Assembly (NCBI GenBank): GCA_013265495.1
Contig: MU058221.1
Coordinates: 3,908,001-3,972,000 of the forward strand
Source of the DNA: Vicugna vicugna
Lineage: Eukaryota
DNA length: 64,000 nt
Reading direction: 5' to 3'
Under the pieces are notes generated by a model, which worked only from the letters and a program-made list of their open reading frames with translations, ran no database searches and had not been told where the DNA came from. This document shows positions 38,263 through 51,698 of the stretch, one piece after another (the first letter of the stretch is position 1; the number at the start of each line of letters is the position of its first letter). Made by a program: the position numbers and the translations under genes.

Positions 38263-39759
38263 TTTTAGGGGTAAGTTCCGTTCTCCTAGAAGCAAGCTGT
38301 TTTACAGAAGCAAAAAGCGAGATAATGCCGCAGGGCCAGGGAACCGGATGGCATTGGTGGGAAAGTAGTGGCCCCGCCTGGGGGTCCTGCCGGTCTTTTC
38401 CTGGGGCTTCCCACCTCACCGTGAAGTCCGAGGTATCCCTACAGGCCTCCCTCTTCACCTCCCACACTACTTTATTTGAGCATGAAATAAGCTACTCTTG
38501 GCTTAAGCCCTTAAAATTTTGATATTTATCTCTTACAGCATCCACTTTTAGATGAATGAATACTATCGTATTTTGACTAGCATTCAAACACGGTTGAAAC
38601 AACAACAAAAAAATGGAATTCTTCAGCATCACTGATTCTGTACCTTTGGCTGGGGCATCATTAACCTGGACCCATGATGAGTCAATGGCTGTGTTTGTTC
38701 TGAGAACGTCACTTTGTCTGAGACAGTTGGGCTAGGTGCTAGCATGGGTTACGATACTTAGTGCTCTTTGACATCTTTGGGCTCCTTACTAGAAGAAGCC
38801 CTGAAAGATTAGTTCAGCATTTAAAGACCTACAAGAAACACACCTATCATTGTGGAAGAGTGGTCTGGGTGGAACTGTTCAAAGAAACAGCATCCACCCA
38901 GGGACTGGAGTGCCACTACTCTGGCCAAAACAGAGAAGGATATATAGGGAAAGCTAACTTAAATTTAATTTACTGGGATTTGAACTCTTTGAACTTTAAT
39001 TTGCAAGATGATTTGCTATTTTGATTTAACTTCTCATTGAGAATATTAGATGAGGATTTTACTTAAAATTGAGACTTCGGGAGGTGGCGTTGAATTGTTA
39101 GACAATATTGCCCTTTCGTCTATTTGCAAATCATCATTTAAACTCTTTTGGAGCACGTTGGTTTTAAGTAATTAAGGATGAGGCATAAAATAGGAAGTAA
39201 ATTTTTTATTCTTGAGACCAGAGTGAGCTGTAAGTTTATTTTAATGGACTTTAACTAGTTTCAGAACCTTGCTGGGATGAAGGCTACACTGAGCATCATT
39301 GGTCCCAGGATGACACCCAAAGGAGCAGTAACTGGTTGAAGAGCAAAAGTCTTGCTCTGTTGACAGCAGGACCATGGTGACAGGTCATTTATCAGTAATA
39401 AAAGTAATAGTGTGTCCTCCTCCCCTCTGACCTCTGAATCTATTGACGAGCTGATTCTGAACTCTGTCAAGGGAGAGGAATGCAATTTTTCAGAACCTGA
39501 AAATCCTTTATCTTACTCTGCTTCAGGTACTCTGCCACAGAAAACATAAGAATGAGCGATGGACTGGGACTGAAAGACGGTAACAGCAAGAAAATGTGCC
39601 AGTTTAGATAAGAAAAGACAAAGATTCATTTTAATTTCTGTTCTGTCACCACTAATAGATGAATATGAGAAAGTGGCTTTTTAAGCTTCGCTTTTTTTTA
39701 AAAAAAATCAATCTGCACTCAACTTATATACATTTTTTTTCCTTTGACAAAGATGGTTG

Positions 39760-40313
39760 TAAGATCCGCCCTCATTCCTACTTGACTCAAGTTTAGGAAG
39801 GTTTCCTCTTGACCGTAGGTCTCTGCTCTCCCTTTCCTTAGGGCAATTACTTTAGACAATTTATGACTGTAATTGTTTTCTCTGCCTATGTGAGAGGCAC
39901 ATCTTCCCCCAGCCTCTTGCTCCTTTTATAGCCCAGGAATGTCTTTCCTAAGAACCTGGGAGCCAACGCCTTGAAATGTAATCCCCGGGAAAGAGAGCTC
40001 CTCTTATTTCTCAGTCTCTTTGGAATAGTAGGAGACTAACTTCAGTCACAGCCAATTACTGAACACCCATGGCCTAATCACTTAGACCACTGTCCCCCAT
40101 CCTCGACACCCCCCCCCACAACTCCCACCAACATCCTCCAGTACTGTTCTATTAGCTCATTCTAACATATTAAAAAATTCCCTCATCTTTTTTTTCCCCC
40201 ACTGTAATCAAGTTCAGTCTCTCCCTCTGGCAATATTCTTAACCTTTATTAAAATAGTCTTGAATTAAATGTCTTACCTGTTAAATTCTGTCCAGTGAAG
40301 TTTTTCTCCCACA
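39760..40313 (+). mobile_element. old MER4-group ERV1 solo LTR (MER67/MER89/MER90-like)
   Basis: cccaggaatgtctttcctaagaacctgggagccaacgccttgaaatgtaatc...caagttcagtctctccc...aatagtcttgaattaaa...ttctcccaca; left boundary approximate. Confidence 0.65.
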
Positions 40314-40684
40314 CCTTCCGACACAATTTTCACTTACAAAAAGCCATGACCAACATTATGTTTGTTGTATGTTTTCAAGAAAACTACTGTGAAATTTGTG
40401 ATATTCTTTGCTTGATAAGGCATACCCCAATCGGAGGAGTGTAACAGGCTGACACTGTATTGATCAGTTCATAAAGGTGGGTCATACGGGAATCAGGGTC
40501 TTTTCATTGCCCGCTTGCATCATGTTGTCTTACTTAATTTCTTGTGCTCATGAACCAGAAGTGTGGGATTGATATTCACATATTATCTGCAGTATCTAAT
40601 TATCAAACTAAAGAGAAGACACAGGTTTCATAACAGAACTCTGATCTATAGTTGCCAAGATTGAATGTTGGATCAGCTGGAGGA

Positions 40685-40803
40685 AATGTAAGTCCCCTTA
40701 GAGCTGGATGTTGATTGGTGTTATTTATTGCTACATCATCAGTACCACATACAGTGTACGGCCCAGAGTATATGCTCACTGACTATTTATTGAATGAATG
40801 AAT
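40685..40803 (+). mobile_element. L2 3' terminus
   Basis: aatgtaagtcccctt...acagtgtacggcccagagtatatgctcactgactatttattgaatgaatgaat. Confidence 0.75.
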
Positions 40804-42495
40804 CTTCACAACTGACCTTTCACGGTCAACACAACCCAGTTGAGGCTGGGTGTTAAAAATTATGGTGGAACCAATTACCAAGTTGTTTGAGTTTCCCAAA
40901 TTAGATCCACACTTTGGGGTTAGGTGCACAAAAGTGTGAGTGAGAAACTTGCTGGAGGCAAGAGAGGTCTTAGATATGAATTCAGCAAAAATGTAGAGCT
41001 CAAATATAATTGTTAGACTAAACTGAGTGGTTGGAATTCACACAGCCCAAATGAAATGCCTTAATCCAATTTAGTAGTTGTCAGTCAGCGTTTTCATATA
41101 ATCACAGTATTGTGTTGACAACCTACACCAGACCATCAGCCTCATAATTCTCAGTTCAAAATAATTATCAACGTCATGTGCTTGTGTTCTTCAATTTCCC
41201 TGAGTTAAGAGAGTTAAGCAACTCGCTCGACTTCCTTTGCCATTAAATACCTTCAGACAATTTCAATGAGACTTTATTATGAATTTCATATAAATAAAAT
41301 TCAAGCCGACCTATGCCTGTAGATAAAAAACCGTAGATGTTAAAGAATGGAACACGGAGCAATTATCTGGATAATTTACTTCTCAAAACCTTCAAATTGA
41401 GCAATGTAAAAAGTTCTGTATGTTTTATTTTCCTGAGTATTAATGACTGGATTTTTTTGGGAATTAAGCTATTTTTTTTTCAGTCTGGGTACTTTAGTCA
41501 CAATCAATTGAGAACAAGAAGATGATTAAAAACAATCCTCTTCTCTTTCTCACTATTTTCCTTGTTGCCCTTTTTCCCTTTATTCTTTAAAATCCATTTA
41601 TCTTTACTTCATACATAATTACAACCTGTTATTCTTGTAAATCAATCCGTTAATATTGGCACAGCGCTAGTACTTCTCTCACATTGGATACTAGGTGTGT
41701 GTTTTGTTCAGTTGAATGAATGGATGCACTTTTTCTTCTATTCTGAGATACATGTATAAGTTTCACGTTGAACATAGAAGGTAATGACTGGGAAAGAAAG
41801 CCAACGGTGACTGACAGAATCACCATTTGTAATTGCCTGTCAAATGGAAATGCATCTTCCTACTCATTTTAATTAAATTATGAAGATCTTTCCTGTCTTA
41901 TTATTAGGCACTGTTATTACTCCTGATCACCTGTTTTATGCTTTCACGAGAAATATTCTTTTCTATGTTAATTCTAAAATAAATACTAGAATCATGATCT
42001 ATCTCAAAAAGAAAATAAAGTCAATTAGTAATTTATACAATAATTAGATAGTTTCACCCGTGATTTTTTTTTCTAGGGTCTCACTTTAGTAATCTCTGCT
42101 GCTAAAGGTTGAGGAATCCAAAGAATATTTTTCTTAATTTTTTTTCATCTTGAATTAGACCGGGAAGCACTTTTCTTTCAGTACAAGACCCGTCCTGGCT
42201 ACCAAACTATTTAACCACAGATGCTTAGGAACAGTCTAGAGTTTTCCTCACATAACACTTAGCTGTTCACAAAACTTTCTGAATCCAGCATTCAAGATTA
42301 AACTTCTGTGTCTAGCCCTGATGTCTTCACTCTCTGGCTCACAGAGCCTGAATGATTCCACACAGAACCATCGGGAGACAAGGGAAGTGGGGGATGGAGT
42401 TACAGGATCCTGCCCCGCTGAAACAGAGGAACCCTGGCATTCTTTGTTCCACCGACTAGAATTTCTAAGACTAAAATTCAAGAGAGGATTAACTG

Positions 42496-42597
42496 CAAAA
42501 AACAAAAACAAACAAACAAACAAAAACCCAAAAAAACCCACAACCCAAAAACAAACAAATAAACAAAAAAAACCCAAGCAAGCAAACAATAAAAACA
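42496..42597. repeat. A-rich (CAAA)n-type low-complexity tract
   Basis: Direct reading. Confidence 0.85.
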
Positions 42598-42825
42598 GGG
42601 CAATGATGGTTCTAACTGGAGTTTATTCTCTAATGCTATACATGGCCTTTGCTCAGGCCAGAGTCTCTCTTTCCTCAGAATATGACTGTGCCTTGTTGAG
42701 ACTCTGCTTAGTTTACTCGAAGGCTTTGGGCTGTCAAAGCTAAGAGGGTAAGTTTCTGGTTTGGGAACCCTTCCACTCTGCCTTCTTGTCAGGGAGCTCC
42801 ATACTTTAAAACCTAGTCCCTACAA

Positions 42826-43003
42826 CATAGATGAACAGCAAGTTTCTACTGTACAGCACAGGGAACTGTATTCAATATCTTGTAGTGACTTACATTTAAA
42901 AAGGATATGAAACCGAATATAGGTGTGTTCCTATATAACTGAAGCGTTGTGCTGCACACCAGAAATGGACACAGCATTGCAAACTGACTAAAACAAGCAA
43001 AAC
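42826..43003 (+). mobile_element. artiodactyl/camelid L1 3' end fragment
   Basis: aacagcaagtttctactgtacagcacagggaactgtattcaatatcttg...ataactgaagc...tgctgcacaccagaaa...ttgcaaactgacta. Confidence 0.85.
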
Positions 43004-46000
43004 AATCCCTCGTCTCTCCATCTGAGTCCCATGAAAAGCCTGCCTGCAAGGGTGGAAAAAAGGCTCCTCCATTCTGGATCAACAGGGATTAAAGAGATTC
43101 AAGCCATTCGTTTTCTCAATTGAACAGAATACCGGAATCAAATGGAGATTAGCGGCCGTCAAATCATAGTGCTCAGAGTTGATACAGGAGAATACATTTT
43201 CACACCTCCAGGTTAAAAATAAGCATAATTCTCTCGGTCTGCAAGTAGACCGTGCTATTACCGGCAGAGTATATTTGGGAGGATTTAGACATTTGGATTT
43301 TGCTGACAGAGTGGCAGCCCCAGAGTGATTGTATAAGCAGTCATCCCACTGACGACTGAGAGTGTTCCCCAAAAACACTGACATCCTCCTGAGCAGTCCT
43401 CCCCCCTTGGCCTCTAGTGTATGGACCCATCTCCTGGTTTATTGCCCCTCCTCCTCTCGGAGAAGCAGTAAGATGCATGCTGCATAGGACACGGTGTCTT
43501 AGAAGACAACATTACTTTAACACTTTATTGTATCACCCACTGTCTTTCAAACGTTCATTTATTTTGGTAGCATCAACATCCAACTCCAGAAGAAATGAAA
43601 AGAACCTGTGATTACATGTCGTGACCAAGGGAGTCGTTTTTAACATCTGTGGTTTATATCATCAATGCATTAAACAGAAGAGAGCCAGATACATACAGAT
43701 TACTCAACCACTCTCCGCCCTGAAAGGGCAGAAAATGGTAGAATTACCTTCACATAGAGAGATTACATCTGGACTGAAGAAGGAATGGGAAAGACACATT
43801 TGGAAATTTTGTAGGCAATTGGGAGTTTGGAACTTGACGATTTAGATTTTGAAGAGTTGGCAAATTTAGAAATAGTAACTGATAGAGGCACTTAGAATGT
43901 GGGCAAATGAGGAGGTCTATTTTGATGACTTAGGAGGTATTGAGCACAGAACATTTATACTGATTCCAATATATAAAATTGTACAAAACGTTCACAGTGA
44001 AGCAAACGGAGCAAGGCAATGAGGTTGCTAGGACGTAGCTGGGGATCTTATCTCTTCTGCGTTCTTGGTATCCTCTATAATGAATACAAAGTTGCATGAG
44101 TTGAACAAAAATTCAAGGATCTAAAATTTAAGGACAGGGAACTTGAGGTTTGCATTACTCACCCACTTACCTTTCAGGATTCTGTTAGGGTTTCAGTGAA
44201 ATGATTTACTGCAGTGACCAAGGTCTATTGATAATGATGAAGCAGATTGCTTGTTTGCATATTCCTTCAAGCACGTAGTATTACGTTTCAATTGTCGCTG
44301 ATTATAGCAAGTTGAATACTTTATCCTATGTCTCACTAAACACAGTATCCAACCTGCAGATAGCTCTCAAACAAGAAAAATGAAGCTGGTGGTTTGCGGG
44401 AAACAGCCACGAACCCAAGGAACTAAACAGATGAAGTGAAAACAAAAGAGTAGACGAGAAGGGAGTGCAGGAGATGAGAGAATTGTTGGTTACAACGTCA
44501 GAGGATGAAAATTACAGTTGAAGATTTCTGAGGAAGTACAGGTGTTTGTGAGGACAAGTCTTGGTATGCCACCATAGTTATGTAGAGATGAGATCGTGTT
44601 GAAATGGATATTGTTTGCAAGATTAAGGGACTGTCCTTTTGGATAGCAGCATCTCCCAAAATGATGGCAGAGGCTGGGACAGGCAGAAAATCCGGGAACC
44701 AAGTTCTGGGATTAACTAGGGGATTGGGAAATGACAGTGATGAGCACCATCTAAATCCTTTATTAGAGTTCTGTCCCTTTCAGCATTTCTGGATTGTCAC
44801 TCGGCCGGTAAAGTCGCTACCCCAGCTTTAGAGGCTTACACTCAAATGTGAAAACAAACAAATGGACCAACAAAAATAACAGTGAAAGCTGGCAGCAGCT
44901 ACCACACGTCGCTTTTCTCTCTGCCTGTGCTTCTAAATAGCACCGGACTGGTCTCTAAATTCTCGTAGAGAAACGATCCTGTTTACCCCTGTGATATCTC
45001 TCGATGTTGTGTAAACTGAACACAAAACAAATCCTTCCTTGTGAGCATACTCCAGATTTCAGAAGGATGAATATGACACTACAAAAGAATGATTAATTTT
45101 AATAATAATCACCTTCTCAAATAGTAATAAACAAGTTGGTTCATACTGATGTGCCAAGTATGGATTAAGCCTCTGCCTGATAAAATATAGCTGCCCTTTT
45201 TGTTATTATAAAACCCGTCTCATGATATTTTATTTTGTAAGGGGAATTTTTTTTTTTTTTACTCTCACAGTACAGCCTGATATCAGGGAATGGGGAATGT
45301 ATGCTTAAACCAAAAAAGAATTCAGAAGTTACTCTTGGAATTTCATTAATTGAATATATTCTTGTGAAAGAAATGAACACCACTCATGGGTGCTGCCAGG
45401 ATGATTGGCTGGGAGAAAATGAGAGACATTTGAGGGACCCAGAGGCTGACAAGACATACTTTATCACTCTTACAGGAGTGTCTTAATTTCTCCATGGATT
45501 AAACCTCAGAATTGGTCATTTTTGCACAGAGCATTGCATAGGTAGGAAAATCCGCAGGCTATCAAGTAAAGGAAATTAATCTCTCTATGTTTCTCATTTC
45601 AAAGAAGAGACTTATTATTCAACTCCACCATATAAAAGTCCAATCAAAGTTTCATATACTCAGAATAATCCTGGGATGCTGGTTCCAATACTCTTTAGTT
45701 AATAGGATGTACATTGTATTGTCTGAAAAGAAGCAATTTAAAGACCTATATACACCTGATACTTTCCTTTTTTTTTTTTTGCCACTTAATAATTTATCTT
45801 GGTGTGGCTGCATCCAATTAAATCATCACAACTATTAAAGAATAAAATTGGTTCCATACTACATGGGATGGCGGTAGTAGCTAGAAATGCAGGACACTGT
45901 TTCTTCATGGAAAGATTTAGGTACCAAGTGGCAGGATTTGGGGGTAAGTTGTTCACCAGGGGTGAGCCTAGAAATACCAAGAGAACATATTCACCAAATT

Positions 46001-46169
46001 CTGATTTTGTCCATAATTAGTCCTAATCTTTCTCATAAAATTTTGCCACCTACTGACTGTCCAGAGTGTATATTGATCTTTTTCATCTCAAATTTCTTAT
46101 TCAAATCGGTGAGTTAAGAGTTATAATGACAGGGAAAATATGAGAAGTGTGCAGATACAAAATAATGAA

Positions 46170-46900
46170 GTATTTCATGTTCCCTAGATAACAAAGCCTA
46201 GGGCAAAAGTTCCCATGCTATCATATTATAGAGGTTTGAAGTCAGAGGGGATCAAAAGTGAAAAAAAAAAAAAGAAAATGAGACAGGAAAATTGAACGAG
46301 AAAATACAAAAAGGAATATTAGTTCTCAATAAGCACAGTTGACAGTAGGACATTGTAACAAAGCCGAAATAAAACCACTGTATCTCAGGGAAATTCAGGG
46401 AGGTAGCATGAGAGAATAAGTTATTTGCTGGCTTCTTCTCAGCTTCCATTCCACATTAATCAAAGCCTATCCACCCAGAGGTCATTAACAAATCTGTATG
46501 TCTAAGCTACGTTACCAGACCCCTCACCTTTGCATTTGGAGATGTCAGAGGCTCTGTGTATCCAGACTGAATGGTGGCCAGATGCATCTGTCTCAACTTA
46601 TCAGTCACTTTGCACATGTGAGATCCTTGCTTTGTGGTCAGAAATATGGGCTAGAACCATCTCTAGGGCCTTATGGGGACAAGGAAGCATTCAAGGTCTA
46701 ATGCTGGAGAAGTAGATAGGTTGAGCATAACTTGAGTGACACATACCTAGGTTTGGTAAAGGCCATTGTTTTGCACCATTCTTGTGTAGCTGAGTCATGT
46801 AGGAAAGAATGTTGCCCTCAGTGGTAGGAGACTATATATTCAGTCCTTAAAGATCACCACCAGTTGAAATATTCCAAAAAGGGTTAAATAAAAAAGAGAA
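46170..46900 (-). mobile_element. possible degraded ERVL 3' LTR and adjacent internal sequence
   Basis: ttccctagataacaaagcctagggcaaaag resembles antisense LTR16/LTR33-type U5; lies directly downstream (minus) of the ERVL pol remnant; boundaries unclear. Confidence 0.3.
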
Positions 46901-46929
46901 GCAAAATACAGCTGTCAATATTTCTGTCC

Positions 46930-47620
46930 ATCTCTCTCCTCTTCCATCTAGTCTGCATTCCCCTCACCAGTGGTCCTCACTTTGGTTGGTGTGAAGGGAT
47001 AGATCTTGGTGAGCCCATGGTGGTCTGTACATTTAGCTGGTTTGTCCTTTGTCCTTGTGGATATGGTTGGAGAAACAGACCATTTTTCATTTAATGTTGG
47101 GCACGGAAGCACCAAGAAGCAGCTTGACGGGTCCCAGGGGGGCAGTAAACCTACTCCCACAGTCACCCTTGAGATGATCCGGTGGGCTACTAGTATTATA
47201 ACTCGTTCCTTTGCTAGTAACCCGAAAAGTACAGCCCCAAATAGCACTGTGATAACCCCAGACTGCAGTTCAGTGAATACCTCACTCTGTCCCCTGGTAA
47301 GAGCAGAATTCCACCACCACCTCCCACACCAAAGGAAACGGGGACAATTATTTGACAGACCTTGCGGTTCTGGGAACAGGAAGTGCAAATTCGTCACTCG
47401 GATCACTGGGATCCTGGACACAGTCTCTTGTTTTGTAATGATTGGGTCGGTTGTTCCTTTTAGGTCCAACAGTAGGTGTCTGAAGACAGTGTAAAGAGTT
47501 GTGTCCATCAGATCGTTGGAAATAGTTTTGATGGGATTATGTTTGATGTAAAATTCCATTGGTGCCCCGTGCACCTTTCTACATCCCAGGCATAGAGACA
47601 GACAAGCAAAAGCCAAAGAG
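46930..47620 (-). mobile_element. ERVL (class III ERV) internal remnant: integrase end, dUTPase and pol tail, frameshifted
   Basis: Across minus frames: PSDPSDEFALPVP (47372-47409), LLPGDRVRYSLNCSL, AKERVIILVA..PDH, DPSSCFLVLPCP (~47098-47132), TGEGNAD*MEEE (46936-46971); colinear with remembered ERVL PSDPLAKFLLPVP, LPPGDT..IPLNWKL, AKKGVTVLAGVIDPDY, DPLGRLLVLPCP, EGKGNTEWVVEEG. Confidence 0.75.
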
Positions 47621-48734
47621 CAGAGGAGCTAGAAAGAACTGGCATCTAAATGCCTACAGCTTCCCTACATTGGACACTCTGATAAATCCGACAAGATTTG
47701 CCGTCTTATGAGCAATAGGCGAGAAAATAGGGTAAGACTCTTTTTTTTATATTTAGTCTGATAATCTTATTAGAAGAGAAGATGTACACAGTCGTAATTT
47801 CCTTTTGATGCTAAAGGAAAATCAATTAAAAAAACATATCTTTCAAGCCAAAATAGATTATATTATTGAAGGCTTAAAAAAACTTAAATACAGTTCTAGA
47901 GAAAAGGCTGAATTGTCAAGATGAAATAGTTGTAATTGAGATAAGTCACAAATAGAAGTCACATATACTTCTGCAGTAAATTCTAACTTGGTCGGAAATT
48001 GAGGTTTGACTCAGTGAAAAATAGACTTACAATGTACTTTCAGAGCGGGGAAATTGTAATTAACACGTGCGTAATACTCTTGTCCTTATACAATGCTTTC
48101 ACATGCATTATTTTACTTTCATTGCTTGCAAGTATTTAGAGTGAGTTAACAAAAAGCTAACAACATCTTGCCACGTAGAAATGCTGTTGAATCTAACCAA
48201 AGGAAAGAATATTGGAATCAGTGTGTTACTGATAGCATTTATATAAAATAGATTTTTAAGCAGTTTTTCTCTCAATAAAATGAATCAATTTGCTCTAAAA
48301 TTTGACTCCATAATGTTCATTTGCATATGAATCTTCATTTAACACACGTTATAAGATATAAAATTAATATGGGGTTTCACTAAAATTTAAAATGTTAGGA
48401 TTTTGGTGTATTTGAGATAATATCAAAAATATATATTTACTTTGCACTTCATTAAACTTTTTGGGTTATGGTGGGTACTTGCCACATTCTGTGCATGTTA
48501 TAATGCAGATATATGTGGAAAGACTTCTGCCATAACTTACACAAGTGAACAGGCAAACCAGGTTTCTCTAATATCAGAAAACTAATAATGAGAGCTGCGT
48601 GGGCATGGAAACAAATATGTACACAGGGCTCCTTAATGGAAACAAAGTTATAGGCACGTGTGCATTCATGCACTGACTGCAACAAAGTCAAGGCTTCACT
48701 TACAAAATTTCTGCCTCCTGGAACTTATTAACTA

Positions 48735-48815
48735 CTTGATATGTTTCCTGAGATGCGGGGTTTTCAGTGCTAAGACCGGGATGGTCCCAGCAGACGGAAG
48801 CAGTTAGCAGCTCTA
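48735..48815. mobile_element. MER81-like hAT-Blackjack MITE
   Basis: gtttcctgagatgcggggttttcagtgctaagaccgggatggtccc...agttagcagctcta. Confidence 0.65.
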
Positions 48816-51404
48816 ACTATTGGGCATGTTTGCTTGGGCGTAGTGAGTAGAGACAATTTATGTGACTTCATGGGAACATTCTTATGGTCTCAGATACCCT
48901 CTTTGCGGTCCTTATGGTATAATCACTCCAAAAGGCCCCAAGGCACTCGCCCTTATTAAAAAACATAGAGAAACTTTCAGAGAAGTAAGAAATCATTCTC
49001 AGTTAGATCATTCTTGCTGAATCTCCAGCAAACACAATTCAAAGCTTTACTTTCCGATCTCAGCTATGGGCTACCTGCAATCATATTACTTGTATGAATT
49101 TTATGTTTTAATGCTGAAGACATTTGAAATAAATTGTAGACGTCATAACATCATATGTACTTGTCCTAAATATTACAAAAAATTTTCATACATGGCCCAG
49201 CACAACATGCCTGCACATAACAAAAGTAATAGAAATTCCGTAATATCATCTAATGTGCAGCCCATATTCAAAGGCGCCCGATCGTTTGACCTCATCCAAA
49301 ACTCTGCATTCTATGTGGTGTTGTGCCCTTTCAGTTCCTTATAGTTTAAAAGAGTCCCCGTGTTTCTTTCTCCTTTTACAATCATTATTCTTTGACGTCC
49401 ATGCACCAATCTTTGTCTCTTTTTCAGTCTTGTGTTTTGGGGTTTTTTTGGTAGCTATAATCCTGATCCCTGTGAATTCAAATCTCTATTTGAAATGGAG
49501 AGTCAGGTGCAGGAACCCAGCTGCCTATCGCGTGCTGAGCTCATCATTTCATACGTAAAGCCTTTGCATCCACACCTTCCCCATCGCAATGAGATCTCCG
49601 CCTTGTCTTCTGTTCCTTTGATAACTACGGCCGGGTGAGACTAGAGATTTTGTCTGTGTTTTTCTTTTTTCATAACCACCAAGTTTTTTATGTGCTACTT
49701 AAGAATGAATTTTTCATTATTGTCTCCCTATTTACAAATTGCAACGTCACACACAGACAATCTGCACACCATTGTCCATGATTCTCATGACTATCCTTAC
49801 GAATTCCAAAATGTCTAGCTCGTTCTTTTTCGTATTTGTCTGTTTTCTTCCATCTGTCTCTGTTGGTAATTCACACCATACTATTTGTGTTTATAAAGTC
49901 TTTCTCCTTGAATCATTGTAGTATAGATGTCAGTCCCATGGCTGTCTATCCAAGAAATTTAAAAACGTATCTTCTCATATCATAATTCAGATTTTCATTT
50001 TTGCTGAATGTAAATGTAGGTCCTCGCTTTTGCGGATGTCGGCTATCAATGTGAGTGGTAGTTTCCGTCATTTATTTTGACATTTCTATCCTCAGGCTGA
50101 TCCTCAAAGAGGTCAGTGGGGAGCATCTCTTGCTATTCACACATTCCATATTTTGGGTTGGTAATTGTCTTCCACTGCCCCTCTGAGGTGCCTCCTGATG
50201 GTGGGGCCGGCTTAGTGCCAGCTTGGCCATGCACTTTTTGCTAGTTTTGTTTATTTCCTTCAGCCAACTGAGGCAAGGAGTTGCATCAAGCCTCAGGCAG
50301 CTGGGCTCAGGTTTTTCAGCGTCTGTTAACAGGTAGGGAGCCCCCAGCCTCTGGTTTCACAAGGTGAGCCAGACTTTGATCTTCAGTAATGCCTAAGGTG
50401 CTTTTGGACCTTGTCATGCAGGAACTCAAACACCTGACCCTCTTCTGATGTATTCCGTCCTTGATCCCAGCAGGCACACAGCTTCTGCTCTTGTTTGCAA
50501 TGATGGCATGTTTCTATTCACATTCTGGTCCACGGAATTTTTTTTTTTTTTTGCTTGTAGTTGTATCATTTCATTTTGTTTCATTTTTATGTACTCTTAA
50601 CATGGCCATTTTTGAAGGGAAGGGACCATTTAAATGCATAAACTATAGACTTATCTTGGCCAGAATTCCCCCAGTCTCATTTTAAGTTTCCGTTGCAATC
50701 TCTTGTCTACGGCAGCGAAATATATTCAACACTTCCTGCTGTTTCTCATCCCTCGTTCATTTCTCAAGAGCAATCTGTGGCCAGTTCCTAACATTTCATA
50801 GAAACTACTTTCAGAAAAATCACTGAGAATGCCTACCAGTCCCCCCTCACCCCATTTCAACTTACTCTTTCCGACCTTCGATCTCAGAGCCAGTGGATAC
50901 TGGCTCCTCTCCTCCTGTTCTAAATTGCTTTGCAGAGTGTTATTTCCATACTGTATCCAAATTGTCCTTCTGGTTCAAGGGGACGCATGTCAAGTCAAAA
51001 CAAACAGACTACACTTATGTCTTCTGTTGAGTTACATAAACCTTTCTGTGTCACAAAGAAGATTCAAGATTAAAACCTCAGACTAAACACGTTAATCAAT
51101 GATCATCTACTACTTGTGTGGAACAAAATTACTTATATTCTAAAGAGACATGTAGAGTTTCTATTTTACTGATCTTATTTCCCTGCATATAAGTAGAAGA
51201 GAAAAGACAGGGGAGCAAAAAGTAATTTTGAATTTTAATTTGCCAGCTTTCTTTAGACACACTTGGGGGAATATCTGAATACCCTAATACTTTGCTTTCC
51301 TTTCTATCATGTAAAGAAAGTTGTGAATTAAAGCAATGAATGCATTTCTCAGGTTTCATTCTAGACAGAATATTATACTCTTTGTGGCATAGACTAGTAA
51401 TATA

Positions 51405-51698
51405 TTATTTTTAATTGAAATGTTTTTGAGATATTTGTAAATTTTCATGGTGTTTTTGGAAATAATAGAAACACAGCAATGTGCATTTTGACAGATTCTC
51501 CCCAGTGGTAACCTTTTGCAAAACTATATAATATTATTATAAGCATGATATTAAGAGTAATATGATCCACTGATCTTATTTAGAGTTCTCCAGTCTTACT
51601 TATACTCAAGCGTATGCATATTTGGTTCTATTCAATTTTATCACTCATGCAGGTACACTTACCCACCACCATAGTCAAGAGGCTGAACAGTTCTGTCA
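51405..51698 (-). mobile_element. L1MC-like 3' end fragment
   Basis: ccccagtggtaaccttttgcaaaactata...gatcttatttagagttctccag...caccaccatagtcaaga...gaacagttc. Confidence 0.65.

Larger units (their letters stand above)
37682..38418 (-). mobile_element. relatively young gammaretrovirus-like (ERV1) solo LTR interrupted by an L1 3' end
   Basis: tgttacagc U5 tandem repeats at left; tttatt poly(A) signal near 37787; TATA (minus-strand gcctataaaa) near 38091-38097; repeated ccaatcagg boxes; ends cccacctca; many CpGs retained. Confidence 0.85.

Noticed and set aside
47170..47230. LLAKERVIILVAHRII as an ABC-transporter H-loop motif
   Set aside because: No Walker A/B or signature motif nearby; the flanking motifs fit ERVL dUTPase (AKKGVTVLAG) in the correct order.
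47006..47494. 162-aa plus-strand ORF
   Set aside because: An S/T/P-rich antisense shadow of the minus-strand ERVL remnant, with no recognisable domain.
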